Positions 25,176 to 37,182 of a stretch of DNA of 43,941 bases are shown here, in pieces. Every line of letters starts with the position of its first letter. Position 1 is the stretch's first letter. A model generated the notes under the pieces. It saw nothing but the letters and a program-made list of their open reading frames with translations, was not told the origin of the DNA and made no database searches. Source of the DNA: Octopus bimaculoides (taxonomy: Eukaryota); NCBI RefSeq assembly GCF_001194135.2, contig NC_068995.1:51823519-51867459 (forward strand), written 5' to 3'. The translations under genes were made by a program, and so were the position numbers.

Positions 25176-25326
25176 TCTACACGTTTTTCTGCAACATAGG
25201 GGTAGCTTATCCTGTTCAGGCTATGTTATCCTGCGATTGAGAATTTAAAATCACTTCTTTAACTAAGACATTTCACTACTTCTAAAAGCAAACTTCGTTT
25301 GTTTGTTTACGTTTATCGTAATTTGA

Positions 25327-25369
<43 letters not shown>

Positions 25370-26589
25370 AGATAGATAGATAGATACACACGAACACCTC
25401 ACACACATATATGCATATGTTTACACACACACACATGCGTGTATATATATACACACATGTATATTTATACACATATATGCTAATACGAAAGGCTATGTAG
25501 TATGTCTGTATGTGAGGGTGCGCTTCAGTGTCTCCGTCTGTACGCACATATAGCTTTTTGCACAGTGTGTATCTAATGCAAAAAATATACATGTTATATT
25601 TTTAATATACCATTTATGTAGAATTACTATTTTATGCAAGAACATTTCTGCATACACACACACACCAACACCAGCACCACCACCATCACACTTATATATC
25701 TTCCTACATCATGAATATCTATATGGTGTGTATCTAAAAATACAAAGATACGCTTATAGCAATTGCATATTATATATTATGATACACATAAATACATATA
25801 TACATTTATATAATATATATCATATCATATCATATATATATAAATCATATTACGTTACATTATATCATACATATAAATACACATATTTATAATATCATGT
25901 GTATATATATATATCATGTAGCTTCTCGACCGACAACTTCATATTTCTCATTCATACTTTATAAAATGCCGGAAGTTCCTATTTCCCATTTCAAATGCAT
26001 TGAAATTTCCTTCCTGTATATAACTACGTGTATCTTAACTATCTTATGTTAATCCAGATATGCATACATGTGTGTATGTGTGTGTGTGCGTGCGTATGTA
26101 TGTAGATAAGTACGTGTATCTGTGTTTGTGTGTGTGTGGGTGTATATATGTGTATATGTATATATGTATGTATATTTAAATCTTGGTCTGCATATATGCA
26201 TGCCTGTACGTACGTGTAAGCACGTGTATGTGTATATGAACGTCATAATGAATATGGGAATACACACACATATACGGGCGCGAGCGTGTGTGCATGTGTG
26301 TGTTTTAAAAGTATCCAAGATAGTAATATTGTGAAATTCATATCGTTGGACAGGTGACATGTTTGTTTACCTGTTTCCGTTGTCTGCTGTTCTTGAAAAA
26401 TTCTCTGTTGCATGGCATACAAGAGAAAACTTTGTTGCAGGAAGAAACAAATATTAAATCTTTCTGATATTCTCTGTAGAATGTTTATAATAGTTATGAA
26501 ACTTCGTTCTTGTTGACAATAAGAAAAGAAAAGAAAAACTTGTCAAAGCTAAAAGCATTCAATTCTTTCTCAACAAATAATTACTTCCG

Positions 26590-26945
26590 GTTGGCAATTT
26601 GACAGATTCTTTACAGCGTCGAATAGAATACGTTATGACACTCGGCGCTTTCAGTTCAAATATTGTCTCGGTTAACATTGCCTTTAAGACTTCCGGGGTT
26701 CGATAAAATAAAGAACCAGTCAAGTACTAGAGTCAATTGTATCGACTAAGAATTCTCTCTCAAATTTTCTCGCATTTTGCGAAAATTAGGGACAATTGTC
26801 TTATGGTTAGTTGATTAGCAGAATCGTTAAAGTTTCGGAAAATGCATTCAGTAATTTCTTCCTATCCTGCAAGGGCTGAGTTCAAATCCCGGAGAAAACA
26901 ACTTTACCTTTCATCCCCTCAATATCGAGAAGATAAAATATCTTT
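26590..26945 (+). mobile_element. Two degenerate SINE family 2 copies in tandem
   Basis: Each has (c/g)agttcaaat, cctt(t)..a..c..c and cga(t/g)aa motifs like the intact neighbour. Confidence 0.6.
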
Positions 26946-26979
26946 TTAAATCCTAGGGTCGGTGTTGCTGACGAAACCA

Positions 26980-27152
26980 ATCGGTATTTCGTCTGTCTTT
27001 ACGTTCTGAGTTCAAACACCGCCGAGGTCGACTTTGCTTTTCATTCTTTCGGGGTCGATAAATTAGGTACCAGTTGCGTACTGAGGTCGATCTAATTGAC
27101 TGCCCCCACTCCCTCACAATATCGGGCCTTGAGCCTAGAGTAGAAAAGAATA
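26980..27152 (+). mobile_element. SINE family 2 (Meta/Sauria-domain-like), well-preserved copy
   Basis: ctgagttcaaacaccgccgaggtcgactttgcttttcattctttcggggtcgataaattaggtaccag resembles, from memory, the Meta-domain motif CCTTCCATCCTTCCGAGGTCGGTAAAATGAGTACC. There are many copies in the window. Confidence 0.8.
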
Positions 27153-27751
27153 TATGCTGCTGCTGTTCTTGTTGCTGTTACGCTCAACTGAACTCTGATT
27201 GACAAGGTCTATGATCAAACACATTTTAACCATGGCCATCCCATTTGATGGGAACGGTAGGTTCCTTTTTTTTTTTTTTGAAATAAACTGTCTTATTTTT
27301 AAGAGTATGAAAAATGACATTATCCAATGAATTATTTCCTAAGACTGTTGGGAGCCTTGGCTGCTATTTTTAGTTGAGTTACTCCTCGCTAAGAGGTGCC
27401 TTTTAATTTTTAAACAAAAAAAATTGATTGTTTTATTTTATTGTATGTTATTTTATTTATATATTTTCTCATGTTGCAAAGGTTATTTTCAGTTGACAAC
27501 GTAGATCTGTAAATATACTGTGGTACCAAACGGACAGCCACAAGCGAAAGGAAAGAAGGAGGAACACCAACACACAAAATGGAAATATGATTGGTGCCAA
27601 AATGGCAAAATTGCTGGTTGAATTTGAATTGATACTTCTGTATGAAAACTTTTGATAGTCACTTCCGGAAGTGTTCATAACGGAAACGTGAGAATCTAAC
27701 ATCGTCGGAACAGAACAAAAGGGCAATCTGCCAGTAGTTAGATATGCACGC

Positions 27752-27784
<33 letters not shown>

Positions 27785-28017
27785 CATACATACACACATA
27801 CATACATACATACATACATACATACACACATACATAACTATAGATACATAGATAGATAGAAAGATTTATAGCTATATACATAGGTATATGTGTACATATT
27901 AAGAAATATAAATACACATCTCACATGTATATATACTTCGTTAATACACATAAAATCACACGTATATATATAAATATATAGACATACGTGTATACACATA
28001 CACTCACACACACATAT

Positions 28018-28063
<46 letters not shown>

Positions 28064-28064
28064 G

Positions 28065-28117
<53 letters not shown>

Positions 28118-28499
28118 TTCTACGTGTGTATATGTTTGTATATATGGAGAACAGTTTTTCTTTTAGATATGATTTGACAATAGCTTTGCCTTTTGTAAGA
28201 TATATATTTTCCATATTGACCCACAACCACGCTGCGGTTTGAAACATCAAAGATCACACATCCATTATTAACCTTTCTATGCGCTCCCAGTCTTTTCCTC
28301 ATGATTAAGCGACGTCGAAGTGTATTGCTGCCAATGAGCCTGGTGTAAACGTTACGGCCTATTTTAAAATTTTGACCGTCAGATATATACTTCTTTGAGC
28401 TGTTTGTTTTTTATGTATTGTGTATAATGTTCTGTGTTTTAAGTATTGTTTCATTCCTTCGACACCTATTTCTGTATAGAATTCTGTAGTCTAACATGT

Positions 28500-28660
28500 A
28501 GTCTAACCAGTGCTTAACTGGTACTGATTTCATCGACCCCGAAATGATGAAAGACTAAGTCAACCTTCGTTGTATTCGACTTCTGAACCTCAAGGTGAAC
28601 GAAATGTCGCTAAGCAATTTGTCCAGTGTTTTAAAGATTCTTCCAGCTCGCCGCCTTAAG
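28500..28660 (-). mobile_element. SINE family 2, diverged
   Basis: actggtact..tt.atcgaccccgaaa.gatgaaag...ccagctcgccgcctta is the reverse complement of the family consensus. Confidence 0.7.
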
Positions 28661-29185
28661 TTGATGATTAACAACGTAAGCAATCAATGCAACATGTGTG
28701 TTACATAATACAATAAGTGAGTGTTTATTTTGAAAGAGAGACAGAGAAGTTGAAATGATTGCGAAATGTATAAATATATAAGATACCTCTATTTCCGACT
28801 GCATTACTACAATGAGAGTTCGTTAAGAAGATAACGGAAGATATGACAGCTCATATTTTTCTTTTCTAAGTAATCTTGGCCACATCACAGGTGGTCAGTT
28901 GGAATAAACACGAAATATCGAATACAGTTACAGAAAAATTTATACACGTAACTACTGATAAATCATAACCTTATATAAATTAATTCTTAAATACATACGG
29001 ACAGACAGACAAAAAGACAAACAGACACACAGAAAGGCAAACATACAGAGACACAGAAGTTGTTATGCATTCCGGAAGGAATAAGTTACTACAGGTATGT
29101 AAGGAAGTGTAAGGTATTCTAGTAATAATTTGTATATTCTGGTCGATCAATTGTATATATATATCTTAATATTTGGTTGTTGCAG

Positions 29186-29342
29186 GGACGAATGCTACAG
29201 AGTCAAACTCTGGAGGACATGATGATTCCGGTCCCGTGCAAAAGATGGTGATAGTGCCAGGCCAGAGAAACTTCACATTAAGCATTTAAGAACCGGTGCA
29301 AAATATACATTCTTCGGATATTGGTTATGAGCCGAGTGTTTC
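29186..29342 (+). pseudogene. Frameshifted PLAT/LH2-domain-like exon (pseudo-exon)
   Basis: Acceptor tttggttgttgcAG, donor TTC|GTACGT. The pieces DECYRVKLW, HDDSGP and PEKLHIKHLRTGAKYTFFGYWL are colinear with the PLAT consensus KIRIWHDNSG...WxLEKVxIxxxxTGxxYxFxCxxWL but lie in shifting frames with stops. Confidence 0.45.
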
Positions 29343-29431
29343 GTACGTTAGCTTTTATCAAAGTTTAATAAGTATCAAGGCACGAAACTCTCAACCCTTG
29401 TGTCACTTTGCTGCTTCAGCTGAATTTCAAT

Positions 29432-29475
<44 letters not shown>

Positions 29476-30169
29476 NNNNNNNNNNNNNNNNNNNNNNNNN
29501 NNNNNNNNNNNNNNNNNNNNNNNNNNNNNNNNNNNNNNNNNNNNNNNNNNNNNNNNNNNNNNNNNNNNNNNNNNNNNNNNNNNNNNNNNNNNNNNNNNNN
29601 NNNNNNNNNNNNNNNNNNNNNNNNNNNNNNNNNNNNNNNNNNNNNNNNNNNNNNNNNNNNNNNNNNNNNNNNNNNNNNNNNNNNNNNNNNNNNNNNNNNN
29701 NNNNNNNNNNNNNNNNNNNNNNNNNNNNNNNNNNNNNNNNNNNNNNNNNNNNNNNNNNNNNNNNNNNNNNNNNNNNNNNNNNNNNNNNNNNNNNNNNNNN
29801 NNNNNNNNNNNNNNNNNNNNNNNNNNNNNNNNNNNNNNNNNNNNNGTGGTGGTGGTGGTGGTGGTGGAGGTTAGTTATATTCGTAGCGGTAACAGTGTCC
29901 TGATGTATGTTGAGACTCTAAAGACAGACAGATATATTGACAGCACTATAATTATCTCTAATCATATATTATCTCAACGGTGTAATAGCTGTTTGTAACC
30001 TGTTGTTTTCAGTAGAGTCTTTGATTGTTACTGGAAATCTTCTTACTCTTTAACATGATCTTGATTTGTTTTCTGTTGGTCTTCCCGTCGTCTTCCGTCA
30101 TTTTCTTCGTCGTCGCTGCTGTTTAACCCAAGGTTGAATATAATTGCCGTCCCCTGTCGGTCTTTCATC

Positions 30170-30395
30170 TCCTGACTTTAACTTGTTTCAGTCATTGGAC
30201 GGCAAACATGCAAAGACACCGCCTTGAACGGTTTTAGTCGAATAAATTGATCGCAATACTTTATGTTTTTCCATATTTTTTTTTTAAAGTCTTGTACTTA
30301 TGCTATTGGTAGTTTTTGCCGATCTGCTAGTTATGTAGACGACAACAAACTAGCACCGGCTGTCAAGAGATGGTGGGGGCAAACCCAAAGACTTC
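30170..30395 (-). mobile_element. SINE family 1, 3' half, strongly diverged
   Basis: acttgtttcagtcatt.gac...caccgccttgaa.ggttttagtcgaa and ttttgccga.c.gctagtta...caccggctgtcaag match the 3' half of 42781-43210. Confidence 0.65.
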
Positions 30396-30768
30396 CCCTA
30401 CACATGTATATATACATATCTATATATCCATCTATATATCAATCTCTCTGTCTTTCGAAGTATATATATATATATATNNNNNNNNNNNNNNNNNNNNNNN
30501 NNNNNNNNNNNNNNNNNNNNNNNNNNNNNNNNNNNNNNNNNNNNNNNNNNNNNNNNNNNNNNNNNNNNNNNNNNNNNNNNNNNNNNNNNNNNNNNNNNNN
30601 NNNNNNNNNNNNNNNNNNNNNNNNNNNNNNNNNNNNNNNNNNNNNNNNNNNNNNNNNNNNNNNNNNNNNNNNNNNNNNNNNNNNNNNNNNNNNNNNNNNN
30701 NNNNNNNNNNNNNNNNNNNNNNNNNNNNNNNNNNNNNNNNNNNNNNNNNNNNNNNNNNNNNNNNNNNN

Positions 30769-30769
<1 letters not shown>

Positions 30770-30863
<94 letters not shown>

Positions 30864-30868
30864 CAGAC

Positions 30869-30949
<81 letters not shown>

Positions 30950-30950
30950 C
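30770..30950 (+). repeat. (AGAT)n microsatellite
   Basis: Long near-perfect array. Confidence 0.98.
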
Positions 30951-31661
30951 ACATGCATATACATTTACAAATAAGTAGCAAAGTATTCTGTTCACCTTAC
31001 TTGCAATCTGCACTTCGGAAATACTTTGGAAAGTACCTTTATATAAAAAGTACGTCTGAATTACCAAGAGCGGATATCTTCACTTAGCTGAGTTGAGTTG
31101 TCTGCACACACAACAGGAACATTAAGTGCAAACACACGTACACGGAGTCTTGATATTCAATATTCAAATAATATTGCTGAGGTGAGCGGACTATACCGAA
31201 CTAGCAACGTGCCTCAATTTAAGTATCTATTTCAAGTGAATTTTAATTATCATATATATATATATATATATATATATCGCAAAATAGAGTCTTCATGTAA
31301 TATACTATGCTATGTTTAGGTCAAGGACATACATGTTTTATTGTTGACTACAAAATGCTTACGCAGTGGACTATACAATATTTTCTATTTTACCAAATGT
31401 ATTACCAGGAATCAACTAATTCTCTGTCCCCATCGCTATGCCCCTTGCGTTGTTGGGTATTGGTAGCATACTAAAGACTTGATTTCGATTCTCATGTGAT
31501 CCTTTACGCGTAAGTTTCCCCTCGCGAAGTTCTTCCTGTGTGACACCATGAACATCTCACAATGTTGACTCGTATCTTGAAATATAGCACAAAGAAAACT
31601 GTAGATTTAGACTTTAGCTAATAAAATTATATTTCTTGTGTGTGCATGTGTGTGTTTGTGT

Positions 31662-31719
<58 letters not shown>

Positions 31720-32122
31720 NNNNNNNNNNNNNNNNNNNNNNNNNNNNNNNNNNNNNNNNNNNNNNNNNNNNNNNNNNNNNNNNNNNNNNNNNNNNNNNNN
31801 NNNNNNNNNNNNTGTGTGTGTGTGTGTGTGTGTGTGTGTATACGTGTGTGCTTATCTTTATTTGTGTGTGTATGTGTTTTTTTCTGTCTGAAAAGCCAGT
31901 GTTAAATCATCACCTTCCCAAGAATCTTGATGACTTTTTGAAACGCATCTTTCATGGAAAGTAACACCTTTGTTTATGACATCGCAAGAAGGTAATAAAA
32001 TGACCAAATTCTTGTTCTTTTCTTAATGAAGCAATAAAGTCTAACGACTTTAATGAGCTATTCGCAACAATAAATTTAAGCACACACAGCCACACCTACG
32101 TACACTCACACACAAACGTTGA

Positions 32123-32325
32123 TGGCTGTGTAGATGAGCAATTCATTCTCACGAGGTTTCGAGTTCAGTCTCACTACTTAGCAAAATCGGGCAAGTGTCT
32201 TCTTGTAGTCTCAGTCTACGAAACCACCCGCTCACAAGGCTTTCGTCAACCCAGTGCTATTTTCTAATACATGACACTTACCCAAGGAGCTACGCTGTGG
32301 GACTAACCAACCCACCCATGCAGTT
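32123..32325. mobile_element. Two diverged family-1 SINE 5' fragments in opposite orientation
   Basis: Plus strand: tggctgtgtag...gagttcagtctcact...gggcaagtgtcttct. Minus strand: cacaaggctttcgtc...gacacttacccaagg..ctacgctgtgggact. Confidence 0.6.
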
Positions 32326-32866
32326 TACTATCTGTCCGTCAACGATTTAACGAGGACTAAGCCGCATCTTAAAATCTCATTTTAATCAAAAACCAAACCT
32401 CATTCTATGTATTGTACATTGAATTATACTTCTTCCGTTCAACTGTAGCAGACTACGATTAAAATTGACAATTTCGGTTACATAAGAATTAGGAATAAAT
32501 CTGTGGTAGATTCTTAGATCTATAAACGTTACTCTTGGCAACTAAATATAATTTTATCTGATAATAAGAATACAGGAAGGCAATTTTTTATTATTTTTTT
32601 TTGAAAAATCTCAAAGTAATTTGGTTAAAGAAACATATGTTTGCATCTTTTATCTTGTATGAACGATATTCTTAATAAAATATATTAAAGTATGNNNNNN
32701 NNNNNNNNNNNNNNNNNNNNNNNNNNNNNNNNNNNNNNNNNNNNNNNNNNNNNNNNNNNNNNNNNNNNNNNNNNNNNNNNNNNNNNNNNNNNNNNNNNNN
32801 NNNNNNNNNNNNNNNNNNNNNNNNNNNNNNNNNNNNNNNNNNNNNNNNNNNNNNNNNNNNNNNNNN

Positions 32867-32941
<75 letters not shown>

Positions 32942-33404
32942 ATATGTGTATAATAAGCGCAATAATCTCTGCGTAAACCACAAGTATAGTTGTGTAGTAG
33001 TTAACAAGATTATTTCGCAACAACATGGCGCCATGTCTCCTCTCCGTGCACAGTATTTTGTCTCACTATCTTCTTATGTAACCAATATACTGTGTGTGAA
33101 TTTGGTTGCGAGAATCTGCACAGAAAGGCGCGCACTTTACAATTTATGTATAAATGAATGCATGTGTATCAAATGGTAGGGTCCCAGAAGTCTTGTTCTG
33201 TCGTGAACTTGCTACCAGTAAGAAAACACATTAACGACACTGAATGATAAAAAATTGCTGGTAGTCATTCAACCGAGCGTATGTCTCTAACGAATGCTAC
33301 CTCCACCTCATGTATTTATGTGTTTCTGTGTATATATATGTGTGTGTATAGGTATATGTAACTATGCTTGTGTGTGTATATGTGTAACTATGTTTGTGTG
33401 TGTG

Positions 33405-33560
33405 TGTAGTTGAAATTTATAGAAAAACAAACGACGAAGACAGATCTAAGAACAACAAGCAAGTGTATTAGTTTGACGCTAAGGAAAAGTGAAAAAGTAT
33501 TTTACGTTTCGAGCCTACGCTCTTCAACAGAAAGGAATAAGAGAAAATAAGCAGAAAGAG
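33405..33560. mobile_element. Probable Penelope-like element terminal repeat relic
   Basis: Contains tacgtttcgagcctacgctcttcaacag, whose reverse complement has a PLE-style minimal hammerhead layout. A similar leading sequence (acgaggacagg...taaataacaa) occurs at about 22790-22848. Confidence 0.4.
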
Positions 33561-33741
33561 AATGAAGATCACGACTGAACTTCTTATTCTTTGGATTTGC
33601 ATATCTGAACCACTTCCCAAACTTTCAGCACCTCTCCTCATCCACATGGATTACTAACTGGATTACCAGTAGATCTAATGACTCTACCTTCCCGGATTTC
33701 ACGGGATTTTTCCTTTATGTGTATATATTATACGTTATTCC

Positions 33742-33930
33742 TTTACTCTTTTATTCTTTTACTTGTTTCAGTCATTTGACTGCGGCCATTCTGGAGCACC
33801 GCCTTTCGTTGAACAAATCAACCCCAGGACTTATTCTTTGTAAGCCTAGTACTTGTTCTATCGGTCTGGTTTCCCGAACCGCTAGATTACGGGGACGTAA
33901 AGACACCAGCATCGGTTGTCAAGCGATGCT
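33742..33930 (-). mobile_element. SINE family 1, 3' half
   Basis: High identity to 42800-42965 (cagtcatttgactgcggcca..ctggagcaccgccttt...gtaagcctagtact...ccagcatcggttgtcaagcg). Confidence 0.85.
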
Positions 33931-34693
33931 GCATGTCTGCATTTTGAGCAACAGAGAAGAAATAAGGAAATTTCGAAGGAACGCAAAAAAAAAGTAGAAC
34001 AAGAAAAAAATAAGAAAAATAACGGGGACAGTCAAAACTTTCAGAAAAACAAACACCGAAATATAGCAAAGCGTTACATACTGACAAACAAACAAATAAT
34101 AACTGATAAACAACGATAAGAAGTAAACAACAATCACAGATAAAATAAAAATGAGAATTAAAAATGGCTGTTGCATTTAACAAATCTACACAGCAATCAC
34201 TTCTTGCAGACGTAATTTAGACACCAGCGTTTAATGGCCGACTGTTAAATTAAAATAACGCTTCTTTGAATTTTGTTTGAGTTCTCTCATGACTAGATAA
34301 TTGCTTGCGATGTCTTTCTTATGCTTCATTCCAAAATATGTTTGCGTGTTTGTACGGTTGCTGGATTTTTCTTTCTTTTTTTTTAGTTTTTCTTTCTCGT
34401 TTTATTTTATCTGGTGACATACGTGTGGATTTGCTTTTCTTCTTCATTATCTGCCTCTGTGCTTATTTTTCCCTCTCCCTTTTCCCCCTCTCTCTTCTCT
34501 ATTTCTGTCGATCCCGTCCTTCTCTCTCTTCTCTCTCCCTCTCTCAGTTTCTCTTCCATCTGCGTAATTAAACACTTCGCTAAACACACCAATTCCAAAG
34601 AAGCTTATCTTTTCGTAGATATGTTATCTACAGCATGATGTTAGCTGAGACGATGCTAGCGAAGTGTCGGAAATGTTTCAGGAGAAGATACGT

Positions 34694-34694
<1 letters not shown>

Positions 34695-34725
<31 letters not shown>

Positions 34726-34830
34726 TGTATGTATGTATGTATGCATGCATGCATGTATGTATGTATGTATGTATGTATGCATGTATGTATGTATGTATGT
34801 ACGTACGTATGTATGCATGCATGTATTCTC
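34695..34830 (+). repeat. (TATG)n microsatellite with GCAT/TACG variants
   Basis: Seen directly. Confidence 0.95.
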
Positions 34831-34833
34831 TCT

Positions 34834-34872
<39 letters not shown>

Positions 34873-35415
34873 TATATATGTATGTATGTATGTATGTGTG
34901 TATATATGTATATATGTATGGGTATGTACGTGTGTGCACGTATGCATGCGTATGTGTATGTGTATAATAGTAAGGTGATAAATGAATCACGTATATGTAT
35001 TTAGAGCTGTATATGTTTATTTGTATAGGTATATGTGTGCGCGTGTAAACGTTTCTGTATATGTATGTGTGTGTGTATATACATATATATATATATATAT
35101 ATATAAACCAGTTAGACAGACAATCAAGCATATATACAAAATTTCATTATATCAAGTAAAAAAGATTAAAAGATAAATGAATAAGTGAACACTACGTAAG
35201 ACCATGAGGTAAAAAAACAACGCCGCAAAATGCTAAAATGGAACGTTGGAAAATATTGCTTCATTGAGTTACACATAAAAATAATATAAGATAAACTAAA
35301 ATTAACTCTTCTCTAGAGATTAGATTTGTATATGATGAAAGTGTTATTCAGATTTACTATAACTGGATGCAGCGCACTATATTCATATATTCATACACTC
35401 ACTCAAATATTTATG

Positions 35416-35446
<31 letters not shown>

Positions 35447-36459
35447 NNNNNNNNNNNNNNNNNNNNNNNNNNNNNNNNNNNNNNNNNNNNNNNNNNNNNN
35501 NNNNNNNNNNNNNNNNNNNNNNNNNNNNNNNNNNNNNNNNNNNNNNNNNNNNNNNNNNNNNNNNNNNNNNNNNNNNNNNNNNNNNNNNNNNNNNNNNNNN
35601 NNNNNNNNNNNNNNNNNNNNNNNNNNNNNNNNNNNNNNNNNNNNNNNNNNNNNNNNNNNNNNNNNNNNNNNNNNNNNNNNNNNNNNNNNNNNNNNNNNNN
35701 NNNNNNNNNNNNNNNNNNNNNNNNNNAGATAGGGTGGACGGGCCCATGAGCCTAGCTAGGCTTTAGAAGGGCGCATAAATGAAATATCAGCAGATTAGCT
35801 CTTATCCGGAGAGCAATATGTTAGCACATTGCCTGGAATATGCAAATAATTGAAAAGTCTACTTTTTCAGTCATTGTCACATTGATTCTGGTCCATCATC
35901 GAAAATCCTATATATGTCTATTCTATTTAACTAAACTTATGACCAGAAAAAAAAACTAGCTTTCAGGTTTGTTTGTTTTTTTTTTACTTTTTTTTCTCTT
36001 CAAACTGTTTGAACTGCAAATTTCAGAAATTAATGCATATATCAGTAACAACAAATAAAATGAAAGTAAAAAATAGCTCATAATTTACATTATACAATAA
36101 TTTATAATAAACTACAAACATTGTTTTTAATGCTTGGACAAGAAAATATATAATGAAAAATGATTAAAAAAACTCTATGGTAAAAATGCAATCTCCCGAG
36201 AGAAACTTGTAAAAAAATAACAAAGAATTTTGCTACAAAATACATTATGTTTTATCACCTGAAACAGATTTGTTTAAGTTCTAAAGTCTGTTTTATTAGC
36301 GGAGCTACGTTGCTTGTGTACAATAATAAAAAAAAACTGATGGAGACGACAAGATTTTTTAGTGTAATTCAAAGACCAATACTATTAGTCATTGTTTTCA
36401 CCACGACTATTATACGAAATTATTATTATTATTATTATCATTATTATTATTTTATTATA

Positions 36460-36675
36460 AAGGCGGCGAGCTGGTAGAATCGTTAACGCATTGAAAGAGA
36501 AACTCTTAGAAATAGCTGTCTTTATGTTCTAATTCCAACGAGGTTAAATTTTTAATTTCTTTTTTTTTTTTTTTCGTATGAATAAAATAAAGTACCTGTC
36601 ATGCTCCAGGGTCGATGCAATCGACTAAACTCTTCTCCTCAAAATTTCAAGCTATGTGCCTATATTAGAAATAAT
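36460..36675 (+). mobile_element. SINE family 2, diverged, ending in AAT/CAT tail
   Basis: aaggcggcgagctggtagaatcgtta head; ggggtcgatgcaatcgacta and aaaatttca..tgtgccta..ttagaaa 3' motifs. Confidence 0.7.
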
Positions 36676-37110
36676 AATAATCATCATCATCATCACCATC
36701 ATTGTCATCATCATCACCATCATAGTCATTGTCCTCATATTTGTTTTTGCTTTACTTATTTTTATTTATTTAACAATATTTAAAAAAAAATTATTATATC
36801 ATGGCTTTCTATATTGTTAACTCGAACCCCCAACAACAGATATCGAGTTTTGAAGATGGATATAGACAGCAGATCAAAAATTCTTATTGCTACGAACGCC
36901 ACCACTACAAACTGCTGTTTCCGATGCTGCTTGTTATATTATACATTTATTAGATATCATCATATCAGCTACAGTGAGTCATATGGACATCAAGATAACT
37001 CACGGCTTTTGTTTCCTCTCGGTTATTTTAGTAAACAGCTCGAGGTATGCTATGGTTTGTTTCAATCTCCTCCATAACGTTTTTTCTTTCACTACCTTTC
37101 TTTCTCTCTA

Positions 37111-37182
<72 letters not shown>

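Noticed and set aside
31886-31964. PVLNHHLPKNLDDFLKRIFHGK
   Set aside because: Looks protein-like but has weak splice sites (AAG acceptor, GTAACA donor) and no recognised homology.
35749-35762. 14-bp palindrome AGCCTAGCTAGGCT
   Set aside because: About two are expected by chance, it matches no known motif, and its context is cut by a gap.
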